64,000 nt of DNA from Selaginella moellendorffii (taxonomy: Eukaryota > Plantae > Lycopodiophyta): NCBI RefSeq assembly GCF_000143415.4, contig NW_003314270.1:1977048-2041047 (forward strand). The letters run 5' to 3'. A program made the translations under genes and the position numbers. Positions 53,501-64,000 of the stretch are shown here, one piece after another (the stretch's first letter is position 1; each line of letters opens with the position of its first letter). Under the pieces are notes generated by a model that had not been told where the DNA came from, did not search any database, and saw only the letters and a list, made by a program, of their open reading frames with translations.

Positions 53501-55547
53501 TTGGACGAGCATCCCCTGTTGGAATCGGATGACGTGTGGAAATCTTGGCCCCAGACGATATGTCAAATTCAAAGAGATCAGAATACTCTTTCATGAGCCG
53601 GTCAACTGCTGCAACACAAAGAGCGTCGAAGGGATCGGAAAAGGGAAAAGCAGAACAAGATGGAAACACAGAAGGAAAAAGTGGGGGAACAAAAGTAATA
53701 GAAGCAAAGGTAAAAGTAGAGGGACGAAGAGGTACGGAAGTGAGAGGAATGGATGAAACATAAGGAAGTATGAGACAAGGGGGAAAAGCCTCAAAGTCAC
53801 ACTTAGCATGATTCCACTGCAACCAATCCATACCAAGAATGAGGTCAAAAGCTTGACTCGGCACCACCTGCAACGACTGCAACTCAAGCTTGAGATCGCC
53901 CACACGCACAACCAAGTCCACCTCATCCCGTGCACATGCATGTGTACGGCCATTGCCATAAAGAATGAAAACTGGTTCTGCCACACGACGCAAGTGTAGA
54001 CGACAACGTGTGGCAATAGGTCGAGCAATAGAAGATAAACTCGAACCTGTATCAACCAACATGGAGAGAATAATAGGAGACCTCTTGTTATAAAAATGAG
54101 CTTGGAAAGTAAACACTAGATGAACTGGTGCCGAGTGAACCCCTTGATGATACTCCCGAAAGAAAGATGGAGGGGTCACTGATTTATTCGCGCAAGGTCC
54201 CTCCGTTACTCGCGCGACTCTTCGTTTCCCAGATGCATCTCGGTGTCCAGACCTTCCACTGCAGCAGCACCCAGGGGACGTTGCTGACTCCAAGGTCTCC
54301 ACCCAAGAAATGGAGGTCTCCAATCCGGAAAACGACGGCAACGCCGATAAGTATGACCAACTTCATCACACACCCAGCAGCAAACATCACGGCCACGACC
54401 ACATCCTCGTGCTTGTCCTTGGACTCGAGCAGCAGTAGCATCAACCTCCATTGGAACAGGACCATCACCCATAGGAAGTGGAGCAGAAGGACGTGCAGCG
54501 AAAAGTGGAAGAGGCGACATCTCATAACGTTGTGCCAAGCGAAGAGCATCGTCAAGGGTGGCAGGAGCAAGTGCATGCACAAGTCCGACAAGATCTTGAC
54601 AAAGTGCTGGCCACAACATTCCTAACTTGATCTGCTCCGACATATTTGGCTCCGCACGAAGCAAAAGACTTTGGAAACGAACGCCAAATTGCATCACCGA
54701 CTCAGATGGCCCTTGGCGAAGACGATGCAATTGTTGGAAAGCATCATCACAATCATCGGCATGTCCGAAGGCGCATTTGAAAACGTCCAGGAGAACACTC
54801 CAATCCCCACGAGTGGCTGCGCTCAAACCATTGTACCATTGCAACGCCGTCCCTTGGAGACACGTGGGAAACTCACGCAACCGTCGAGCATCATCCCAAG
54901 AATGATATGTGGCAATCACCGTAAAGTGATCGAACCAATGGTACACATCATCCCTAGGATTCCCGCAAAAGAACTCCGGCCGAACACGAGGATTGGCACC
55001 AAGAGCAGGAGAAGTTGTACCACGTGCCGTGAATGCCGCCATTAACTGAGTTTGGTTGTTCAATTGCAAGTGCATAGCATCAAGCAATTGAACCAACTGC
55101 TGCTCTAGAGTCAAAGGAGGAGATTGCGGATCAGCCATGAAGATGAACTAAAAAGAAAAAGCAAAAGAAGAGAAATGACAAAAAAGCTGGAAAGAAATGG
55201 TAGATCTAGACAATGCAAAAAGCTGGATCTAAACCAAAATCCTAAAAGGAAAGAACAAAAGAAAGGAAATGGAAAAAGCTAGATCTAGACGATGCAAAAG
55301 CTAGATCTAAACCAAAATCCCAAATCCAAGCACTCCCTAAGGACAATCAAAGGTGCCCCTCAACTCCACCAATGTGAGTTGCTTGGAATATGGAAAGGGA
55401 ATACAGAAATGTGCATATCAATTAGCCCAAAAACCCTAGCTTATATACAGGAGCGAGTGGTCCGAATTGAAATCAATCCGACGGTTACCAAAATCCACTA
55501 CGCTAATATTAGTATACGGCATCGTAGCCGTACACTTGGCCCTCACA
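50531..55547 (-). mobile_element. Gypsy family A, copy A3, full length and uninterrupted (~5.0 kb)
   Basis: LTRs 55373-55547 (5') and 50531-50704 (3'), flanks ATGA/ATGC, PBS and PPT present, gag 54206-55138, pol fragments 53247-54341, 51591-53096, 51187-51804 and 50851-51177. Confidence 0.97.
54206..55138 (-). CDS. gag: Gag of A3 (open frame, CCHC zinc knuckle)
   Basis: 310-aa ATG-initiated ORF with QGPSESVMQF, PVPMEVD and CWVCDEVGHTYRRC. Confidence 0.88.
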   Translation of the reverse strand: MADPQSPPLTLEQQLVQLLDAMHLQLNNQTQLMAAFTARGTTSPALGANPRVRPEFFCGNPRDDVYHWFDHFTVIATYHSWDDARRLREFPTCLQGTALQWYNGLSAATRGDWSVLLDVFKCAFGHADDCDDAFQQLHRLRQGPSESVMQFGVRFQSLLLRAEPNMSEQIKLGMLWPALCQDLVGLVHALAPATLDDALRLAQRYEMSPLPLFAARPSAPLPMGDGPVPMEVDATAARVQGQARGCGRGRDVCCWVCDEVGHTYRRCRRFPDWRPPFLGWRPWSQQRPLGAAAVEGLDTEMHLGNEESRE

Positions 55548-58500
55548 ATGCCATAATAGGGATGTATATTAAAATATAAAATAAGATGTTTGCAAAAAAA
55601 CATCCTTGCCACTTCTTTAAATTTGTAATTTGTGCTTTATAGCTAGTAAATATTATGTTTGTCAGAATTTTAAAATTATTAAATTTGAAATAAAATTCTA
55701 TGTAAAGCCATATAACCATTTGAAAGGAAAAGAAAAACCATTGATGTAAACTTGTTATATATAAAAAAAGGTCTTGATTCTTTTCTAAAATACAATCTTG
55801 AAGGGTTTGCCATAATATACTGTCTAGAATTTATGGATTTTCACTCACACTTCCATTTGAAGAAAGGGAAATACACATAAATATCTATTGGTTATACTAT
55901 TAGTAATTTTAATTCTTGCAATCTTTCTTCTCAGTGTTCAAGGGCTAGGAGATGCAATAATTATCCTATTGCACAACATAACTAAATCACATAAGAGAAA
56001 AAAAGTGAAGATAATAAGAATAGTGAGTTGGAGATAAACACAATAACAAAACGTGTAACGAATTGGGTGAAAAAAAACGCCCTTTTTACTTGTTTTAAAA
56101 AATTACAATTCTGTGATTTTCAAAACATGTCCCATATATTTTTTGGCCTCAAGTGGAAACAATAGTGATGATTAATATGATGGTATATATATCCTCATAA
56201 CACACTACAATATCATACACCTAAAAAATTACCATAAAATATTTTTTGAAATGGTAAAGATAGAAATAGAGACACATGAGTATTATGGGTAGTATTATGA
56301 AAAGAACATGCATAAGTATATGAAATGAAAAGTGAAATGAAAAAATGTTTATTTATTAATTATATAAAGTATAATAAGTTTATATTATTGATAAAGAATA
56401 AATATTGATAGTTTTGGCAAATCTAATTAGCTTTGAAAGTCTTCTACAATTCAACAATAATAACACTTCCCTAATGTATATGAATGTCCACTTTAGGATT
56501 CTAGTGTAAGATGTTGATAAAAATATGCTTGTAAGGAGTATATGCTTTCCCATGTTTCTCGCAGTTCGTAAAGTTTGAATATGTGTAAGAAGGAAAATTT
56601 TGAATGACAATTGTGTACTCTCCACCTTTTGTTTTGACTATATACTCCTTTGCAAGCACTATGATATATTTCATGGAGAGAATCTCACACTCAAGTGTTT
56701 AAGCCAAGTTTATTTTACTTTGTTTCTGCTTGGAAATGGCACTAATAAATTTAATTGCTTTATCTTTTTTGCTGGCCTTTTATGCATCTTTGTGGAAACA
56801 GTCTTGGTTCTATCATTCATGTCTCCAACTCTCCTTTTAAGATTAAAACTAGATTTTTCAAGGTTTTCAATCTGAGTGAGCACAACCCCATTAGCAACCA
56901 ATCATTCTTTAAGTACTGCATCAGGTTTAGTCACTATATTATCTTTAAGCTACTTTATATGGTTGGCATAAATGTTGCAACAATACAACTAACAACATCT
57001 TGAAAATCCTACTTGCTTTCATTCCCCATAAAAATATAGGGCTAGAACAAAAGTATACTTGTCACCATAGATCCAAACTCAATACTTGCCCTTAAAAAAC
57101 ATCCTTACATACTTTACATTGGATTTTGCTGGCACTCAATAGATTGCTTATTGCCTTAACTCCATGCTACGGTAAGCAATTTCAACTTGTTATAATGCAC
57201 TCTCGTCATGAGCCACTCAAGGTGAATTATTCTAGGGGTGGTGTTTTAGAGAAAAATGGTATTCAACATCAGGTTTATGAAAGCTTTTCGCTCGAAGGTC
57301 TATGCAAACATCTTCATCAGCAAAAGAAAAGAAATATTTTGAATAGATAATTTTCATATTACCAATAGAAGTTTAAGGAGTGTACTTCATAGATGTGTTG
57401 TAGACCACTTCCTCAACTACAAGTTCCATTATTTGGGTAGGTGAAATTAATTTTCTTTTCATTCTATCATATAACATTTTAACAGAAGGCCATATTCCCA
57501 TATATCTTCCTTTCTAAAATGCCAACACTTTTGAAAATTACTTTATAATACATAACAAATTTGATAGACACACTTTGTATAGACTCAACTACCTTTTCCC
57601 TACCTCAAAGGAATGCTAGCTCCAGTACTTACTTTTAGAGAGATTCACAATTGGGGTGTATGTGAGGTTCTCAAGTGGTTGATCCTAATGGATAATCAAT
57701 ATTAAGAAGTAATAAAATGAGAAGAAAAAATAGATCAACCTAAAGAGAGTGATGTCCCCACTGAAACATTCTAACTTCTCACCACCCTAACTATAACTCA
57801 AGTTATGGTAGACAATTTACATCTATATATCCATCTTCATGCTACTACATTCAAATCTCATTTGCTTTTGCCTCATGCTCTTTTTTAGGTGTAACCTATC
57901 ATTGTTTGCACAATTCCTTAAACACTAATTGAAATTTTGGTTTGATAAGGTGGTAATGTTGGTTTAAATTTTGAGCCTAATGAAACTCACAAGTCCTCTC
58001 ACAACCTTCCAATGGCTGATCATTCCCAAAAACTATTTAGACACTATTCCAATTTGCACTAGCCAAATCTATTATAAAACTATGAAAGTTCGCAAGCTTA
58101 CTAGTCCGCTTTAGCACAATATTGGAGAGGGGATTTCAAAATATTTCTTGGGCTATTTGATTTTGTACTTTAAACTTTAATATCACAATTATCAAGTTAT
58201 AATATAGCATGTGAAAACACAAATATTACAATTAATTCAATATAATGAGAATAAAAATTACCTTGGATCATACATATGAGCTCCTATGGTTGTCCAACCT
58301 AATATGCACTCTATATAGTCGAAATATACCCATGCATTTGCAAGGTCGTTACACCTAGACATGTCCATTTAGGAAACAAGATCTACACCAAAGGTAGGGC
58401 CCATTGTAAATATCTTGAAGATAAAAAGGCATACCTACTCATTCACAACTTAGTTTGGAAATAAATTTCCGTAGATGATCTCGTATAGATAGACTTGTTT

Positions 58501-59492
58501 CAGTTTAAGAATTGAGTCAACTTTTTATTGCAACTTCCCCTCTTAATATTCACACATCCAAGATTTTATCCTAAATAATATAATGTAAGAAAATTATATT
58601 ATTATAACATATGAAATATAATAGACATACCTCCTCAAGTTAATAACAGGTTGTACTCCTTGTAGTAAGTCCCGCAAACTAACCTCATTTAATTGATTCT
58701 TTTGGCAACCTAGATTGAGTAAGGTGTTTGGGATAAAATCTTTGAGAATGGTCTTCTATGTAAATGAGTTTGTCATAGTTTTTTTCTGCACAACATCTTT
58801 GAAATGGTTGAGAGAACTCTTTTGCATCCCTTTTTACATTGGATGCATGTATGTGCTAACATACATTGTAGCTCTTCCAGCCACCCCATCCCATGAAAGA
58901 AAGTAGCACTTCTAAGAGATTGTTATATGGATAAGGGAAAAAGCAGTTCACCAAACACTTGAGGTGCTCAAGTCATTAAGCCTTTGTGACTTGATAAAAA
59001 AAATCCCCTCTTGTTGTTTGTAGCAAACAAACCTTGTGCACACAACATCCAAGTATGTCAACTTGGACATATACAGCTTATTCAAACAAAATGGCCACAT
59101 ATTGAATATTGAATAAATGTTTTCAATCTTTTTGCAAGGTAGGAACAATATAGATCATTACCATCACACTCAAGATTATGAATAGCTGGGATCCTATTTG
59201 GGGGAGGAAGTCCTTTGAATTCGATAACATATTTATCAAACATCCTAAGACTTGACAACTTGTAAAGACAATATTCCAAATTATTGACGGAAACTATCAA
59301 TATAGGGTTTAGATGAAGTGTATTGATGATTATTTTTGCAATGATCCCATCTACCATACTAATGTTTTAGTTAGCCATGTCTATGCAAGGGGACCTTTGA
59401 ATATCAATAGACTTATTTTGGCCTGCCAAAAGATTTATTTTGGCCTGCGTAAGTTTTATAATTTCACCTCCAACTCCACTTTAACTTATTAA

Positions 59493-60080
59493 TGTAAGCA
59501 ACCAAAGGGAACAATTTGAGAGACGATTCATAGGGGTTCAAATATAGAAGGAAAGGGCCCATGAACAAGAATGCACCCCTTTTTCCAATCAATTAAGGGT
59601 CTTGGGATATTTAGGGTTAAGTGTTCATAGGTTTGAGTAATACTGGGTTAGGTGACCTCTTGGGAAGTCCAAACTTATGAGCTTATATTTGGTATTAGAG
59701 AAGTCTCGGTCCGACTCTTTTGGTTAGCTAAGGGAATCATACCATATATTGATTGATATTTGGCAAGGGTCTAGTATATTCTGGCTGGGCTTGACTTGAG
59801 GGGTAGGGTGTCAACAGAGTAGGGCTCTTGGGAGAGCTACGGCTCTCAGCTTCCGTTCATAAGGGTGTGAATTTGTAGGGGGAAGTGTGGTGGATTGTAA
59901 GCAACTAAAGGGAACAACTTGAGAAACGATCCATAAGGGTTCAAATATAGAGGAAAAGGGCCCATAAACACCCTTTTCCAATCGATTAAAGGTGTTAGGA
60001 TATTTAGGATTAAGCGTTCTTAGGTTTGAGTAGTACTGGGTTGGGTGACCTCTCGGGAAGTCCAAACTTAGGAGCTTACA
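59493..60080 (+). mobile_element. Cassandra-type TRIM (non-autonomous LTR element with 5S rRNA-derived LTR core)
   Basis: LTRs 59493-59687 and 59896-60080, PBS TGGTATTAGAG, PPT GGGGGAAGTGTGGTGGAT, ~200-bp noncoding interior and perfect TSD ATTAA. The LTR core TTAAGCGTTCT...AGTAGTACTGGGTTGGGTGACCTCTCGGGAAGTCC resembles the 5S A/IE/C boxes. Confidence 0.9.
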
Positions 60081-60089
60081 ATTAAAAGG

Positions 60090-60190
60090 GGTGTTAAGAT
60101 ATTTGGGGTTAAGTGTTCTTGGGTTTGAATAGTACTAGGTTGGGTGACCTCCCGGGAAGTCCAAATTTAGAAGCTTATAATTAAAAGGGA
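60090..60190 (+). repeat. Tandem duplicate of the Cassandra 3' LTR distal half plus flank
   Basis: A third 5S-like core is followed again by AGCTTATA-ATTAAAAGGG. Confidence 0.8.
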
Positions 60191-61187
60191 TGGTTATTAG
60201 AGAAGTTTAGAAGCACAATAACTTATGATTGCCAACATGGTCAACCTTATTTCATGCAACATACAGCTTACATGCATAATATAATTTCTAAGATCTTATT
60301 TAAATACGTATTGTTTACAGATATCTTCAATATAGAGGCATGCCATTTGGGGCACTAGTTTGCACTTGACATATTGCAAAGGGTGCAAGGGATGGAAGAA
60401 TGTACCTAACAATATTCATGAGAGTTCCAAAGATATGGAAGATAGAATACCTTTGAGAGTTAGAGCTCCTAAAGAGACCCTTACACTAGACCAAAAGGAG
60501 TTATCAATGCTAGCATTGATGCAAATGCAAGTGATGATGGAGAGGAGGATGGAGAAGCTCTAGATCAAATTTGTGTGCCACCACTGATAACTAAGATTAC
60601 ACTTCAGTTCAACCATTATACAGCCAAGATCTAAGCCAGGTTTCACTAGTAAATAATGATGATTAAGTGGTTCATAGAATATTACATCGATCTTGAGGTA
60701 AGCAAAAGTGAATTTTACAAACTAAAGGTGGTAATAATTGGTAGTAATTTTATTCTAACTCAACGAAATGCTTGTGATGAGAAACTCTCATTGACAATAT
60801 GCCATATAACAGTAACATATTATTCACTATTTTTTTCATTCACTTAGCTCTTCTATAGGTCCATCATGTTCCCCAATAACACAACGAGGCATTATGGGTT
60901 TTTTCTATTGGCTCCTATAATAGATTGCTGATATCTTTCACAAAAGACGATATGAATATAGATATACAGCACTACTTTGATTATTGGTGCTGAAAGATAT
61001 AAAGGCTTTTACTCCCAATTGCAAACTTCATTCTCTTTGACTTTCCAAATGGTCTTTCAAATATTGATGGGAAAGTCAAGGACAAGAACTTTCTCACACC
61101 CAACCACAAATGTGATGCATTCCTTTTATCAGAAACACTTATGTTCAAAGTTGGCTATATCATCTTCATCCTGCCTAATAACCCCAA

Positions 61188-62306
61188 TGTAAGGAACCAA
61201 CTCGCTAAGGTGTCGTAGGTTAAAGGAGCCCCAAAAGCATGACCAAAATGATAAAGAGTTCATCGGATGGGACCGAGTCTAAGATCGAGTCCAAGACCGA
61301 CTCTAAGACCGAGTTCGAGATAGAGTCCAGAATCGAGTCTGAGGCCGACTCGGAGACTGAGTTCAAGACCGAGTTCGAGACCGAGTCCGAGATCCAAAAT
61401 CGGGTCTGAGACCAAGTCCGACGTCGAGTCCGAGGTCGGGTCTGAGATCGGGTCCAAGATCGAGTCCGAGACCGAAACCGAAGTCAGATCCGAGATCGAG
61501 TCCCAGATCGAGCTAGAGACTAAGTTCGAGGGTGAAAGCCCAAAGCATGCGTCTCCCGGGGGGGGGGGGCTGCAGGGGGTTCCAAAAGTATAGTAGGGAT
61601 AGTGAGATCTAGAAACCAGTTTTGAAAGAACTCTCCAGTGGAGCTTCCAAACCAACTTGAGGTTGGGACTAGGACCGAGGGGCCTTGGGTGGGAGTGAGC
61701 ATGGACTTGGTTGGTGCCAGAGGGGCCATCCAAGGAAGTGCTCAAGAGCAGCTCCCACTCCCGAAAGGGAAACCAACTGCGGTGCTCCTGGCTCATATGG
61801 AGTGGTGCCCCACTTAAGTACCATGCGGCTCATTAGTCCTCGCCCTTCCTAGGGGCTTGGACCTTCCCTTCGGGATGGAAGTGGGGGGGTAGAAGTACCC
61901 ATACCGGGCCGTTAGGCCACGTTGTTTTGCCCCGGCGTCCCGAAGCAAGTGTTGCATTCGAGACTTGGGATTTAGAGGGTCCCATGATTAAGTCTTGTGG
62001 TACCAAAGGAGGTTAGGAACTTGGAAGCTTGGTATGCTTGGCTGCTTGTGCTTATGGGGAGTGTAGCCGAACCTTAAGTCCAGTCTAACTCGGGGAGGGG
62101 GGATTGGGAGAGATTTGGGAATTCGTGGATGGATGGCTAACACTCCGTTGCTCGTGCAGTGAGTAGTTGAAAACCAAGTAGGACCAAGTAGGAGCTGGTA
62201 CCATAGGCGGGAACCTTGGCGAGGGAACTTAACAAAAACCAAGGCAATGTTGGATGAATAAACAAGGTAAGTTGGCAAATTGGAAAGAAAAAATTTGTGG
62301 CTTACA
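61188..62306. mobile_element. Solo LTR (~1.1 kb, family E) with internal 6/12-bp tandem repeats
   Basis: TGTAAG...CTTACA ends, flanks CCCAA/CCTAA, a GAGTCCGAGACC-like array at ~61270-61530, and GC-rich composition relative to the flanks. Confidence 0.78.
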
Positions 62307-63809
62307 CCTAATTAGATGTATAAGTTTATGATGTGTGTAGCAAAAGTTTGTTTCAAGTGATTCTTTTCTAGGTGCATCATGGATTCTATTGGTATCAATA
62401 CTAAGGGTGTCTAAGGGAACCTTAAAAAGGTGAGTATGTATTTCATATTTTTATTTAATTTTTATACTTTCTTATTTTCCAAGTTATAATGTGGAGTTAT
62501 CATGCCTTTTGTAAAAACACATATGATGGGTTTTGTGATAGTGAGCATGCAACACATGTTTTGCCTAGGTACGACAGTTCTACTGATATCATACCCAACC
62601 TTATGGATGAGCAAATTTGCAACCATTTCTAGGGTATTAATTTTGATCTCCATCAGCAATGCAAGTTTTGTTTGAGCTCTATTACCCACTATATAGTGTT
62701 ATGATTGATTGTAGAGTAAGTAGTGGTTCTATAATGGAGGCAGTATGTGACTTTGGTAAGTCAATGTTTGCTATTGAAAAACATCATTTTTTCAAATGCT
62801 AACTTAGAGGATTTTGTGAGTTGCTTCCAACTTCAAGGAGGTAAATTATGTTTATTAAGATTTTAGAATATGTTTTGTTTTGTTTTATAGATCACAGTCA
62901 CCTAGAGTTTCTAGAATTTGAGGATTTAGAAGTCTCCCTGAGTATACAAAAGCCATGGCTCAACAAATGCAAGGTAAATCTTCCCCACAATACCAATATC
63001 CTACAATTAATATCATTTCATTATATAGTTTTTTCTTTTAAAAGAAACAGTAATGTAATACAGTAAAATAATTCTAAAATTTACATTTCTTTGTAATATA
63101 GCCTAAAAACTCCTTTTTCATTAGCCAATGCAATATTTCCTAAGGGGATGTTGTTTCTCACCATGAAGTGATAGTGGGTATATGTTCATAACTCATTCTT
63201 GAATCTATTATACATTCACATGTGCATATATTCTAGACCTGCTGTTAGGCAATTGCTATAGTGCTCAAAAAAACTTGTAAACCCATAGAGCATATAGTGC
63301 ACTTTATCTCTCTCCCCTTAAGCTAACTAAAAAAATTATTTTATCCCTATTTATCACCTAAAATTTCAAGGATTTACAATGATAATATATCAATATTAGT
63401 TATCCATCTCATGGGATATATATTGAACACTCACCTAATTCTTTATTTTTAGTTTAGGATTTTAAAATGTAGATATCATGGTAGGTATTGGTAATCTCTT
63501 GGCTATAGTGCTGGTATTAAGACCCATGAGGTAAGAATTTTGCTCCCGACTTTGAGCCATTCAGCTAAACTACCTCTCTAAAAACATTTAGTAGTGATGG
63601 TGTGCAATGGTAGCTTGGATTTGGCCAACAACAACATCAATGGGGCTTTATAGTGATCTTCCCCCCTTTTCTTCCTAAATTCAACTAATTTTTTTGTAAA
63701 TAGGGTAGCCGCAACTATACAATGTAGCCATAGTGGTGCTATTGGCATAGTGGCACTGTTATTTTTTCTTCCTTTTTGAAAGAATGATTAACTCTAATGC
63801 TTGGTTGTA

Positions 63810-63983
63810 ATCTCTTGAATTTGAACTTCTTGAAAGGTCATCCAGTCTAGTACTAATCAAACCCAAGGAAACTTAACTTTAAATATCCTAAGACTTTTAA
63901 CCAATTGGAAAAGAGGGTGCACTCTTATTCATGGGCCCTTTCCCATAGATCGTCTTTTGAATCATTCTTTTTAGTTACTTACA
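63810..63983 (-). mobile_element. Decayed solo Cassandra-type LTR
   Basis: The reverse complement begins TGTAAGTAACTAAAA and contains GGGCCCATGAATAAGAGTGCACCC and the 5S-like GTTAAGTTTCCTTGGGTTTGATTAGTACTAGACTGGATGACC. Confidence 0.7.
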
Positions 63984-64000
63984 ATTCACTATGTTTCCCT

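Noticed and set aside
59600-60165. 5S rRNA genes
   Set aside because: Only the internal promoter portion is present and it is embedded in LTRs with PBS, PPT and TSD, so these are Cassandra cores, not rDNA.
61260-61796. 178-aa ORF (and the similar 146-aa ORF at 45294)
   Set aside because: These arise from stop-poor tandem repeats within LTRs.

Overview
This is eukaryotic plant genomic DNA. The ~50-bp introns, very tight gene packing and retroelement types suggest a lycophyte such as Selaginella (inference). A compact, CpG-rich gene island at ~14.9-22.4 kb holds RPS3, CDKC, two divergent thaumatin-like genes and a CCCH zinc-finger gene. It is surrounded by nested, transition-eroded transposons: three copies of a short-LTR Gypsy family (A; tRNA-Ala-like PBS, 4-bp TSD), two chromodomain Gypsy copies (B; Tcn1/Tf1-like, self-priming) each nested in an A copy, several older LTR elements and solo LTRs, and a 5S-bearing Cassandra-type TRIM. 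An SMC6 pseudogene fragment and a 100-N gap are also present. The most unusual object is a 6.2-kb TIR DNA transposon (38228-44466; 24-bp TIRs, 4-bp TSD). It carries a Sola-like transposase, a divergent intron-containing gene with a ParB/Srx-like domain, and seven copies of a 20-22-bp palindrome (ATGGCRTGWGGCCWCAYGCCAT) that fall in the predicted introns or leader of both genes. All calls are by eye; no database search was run.
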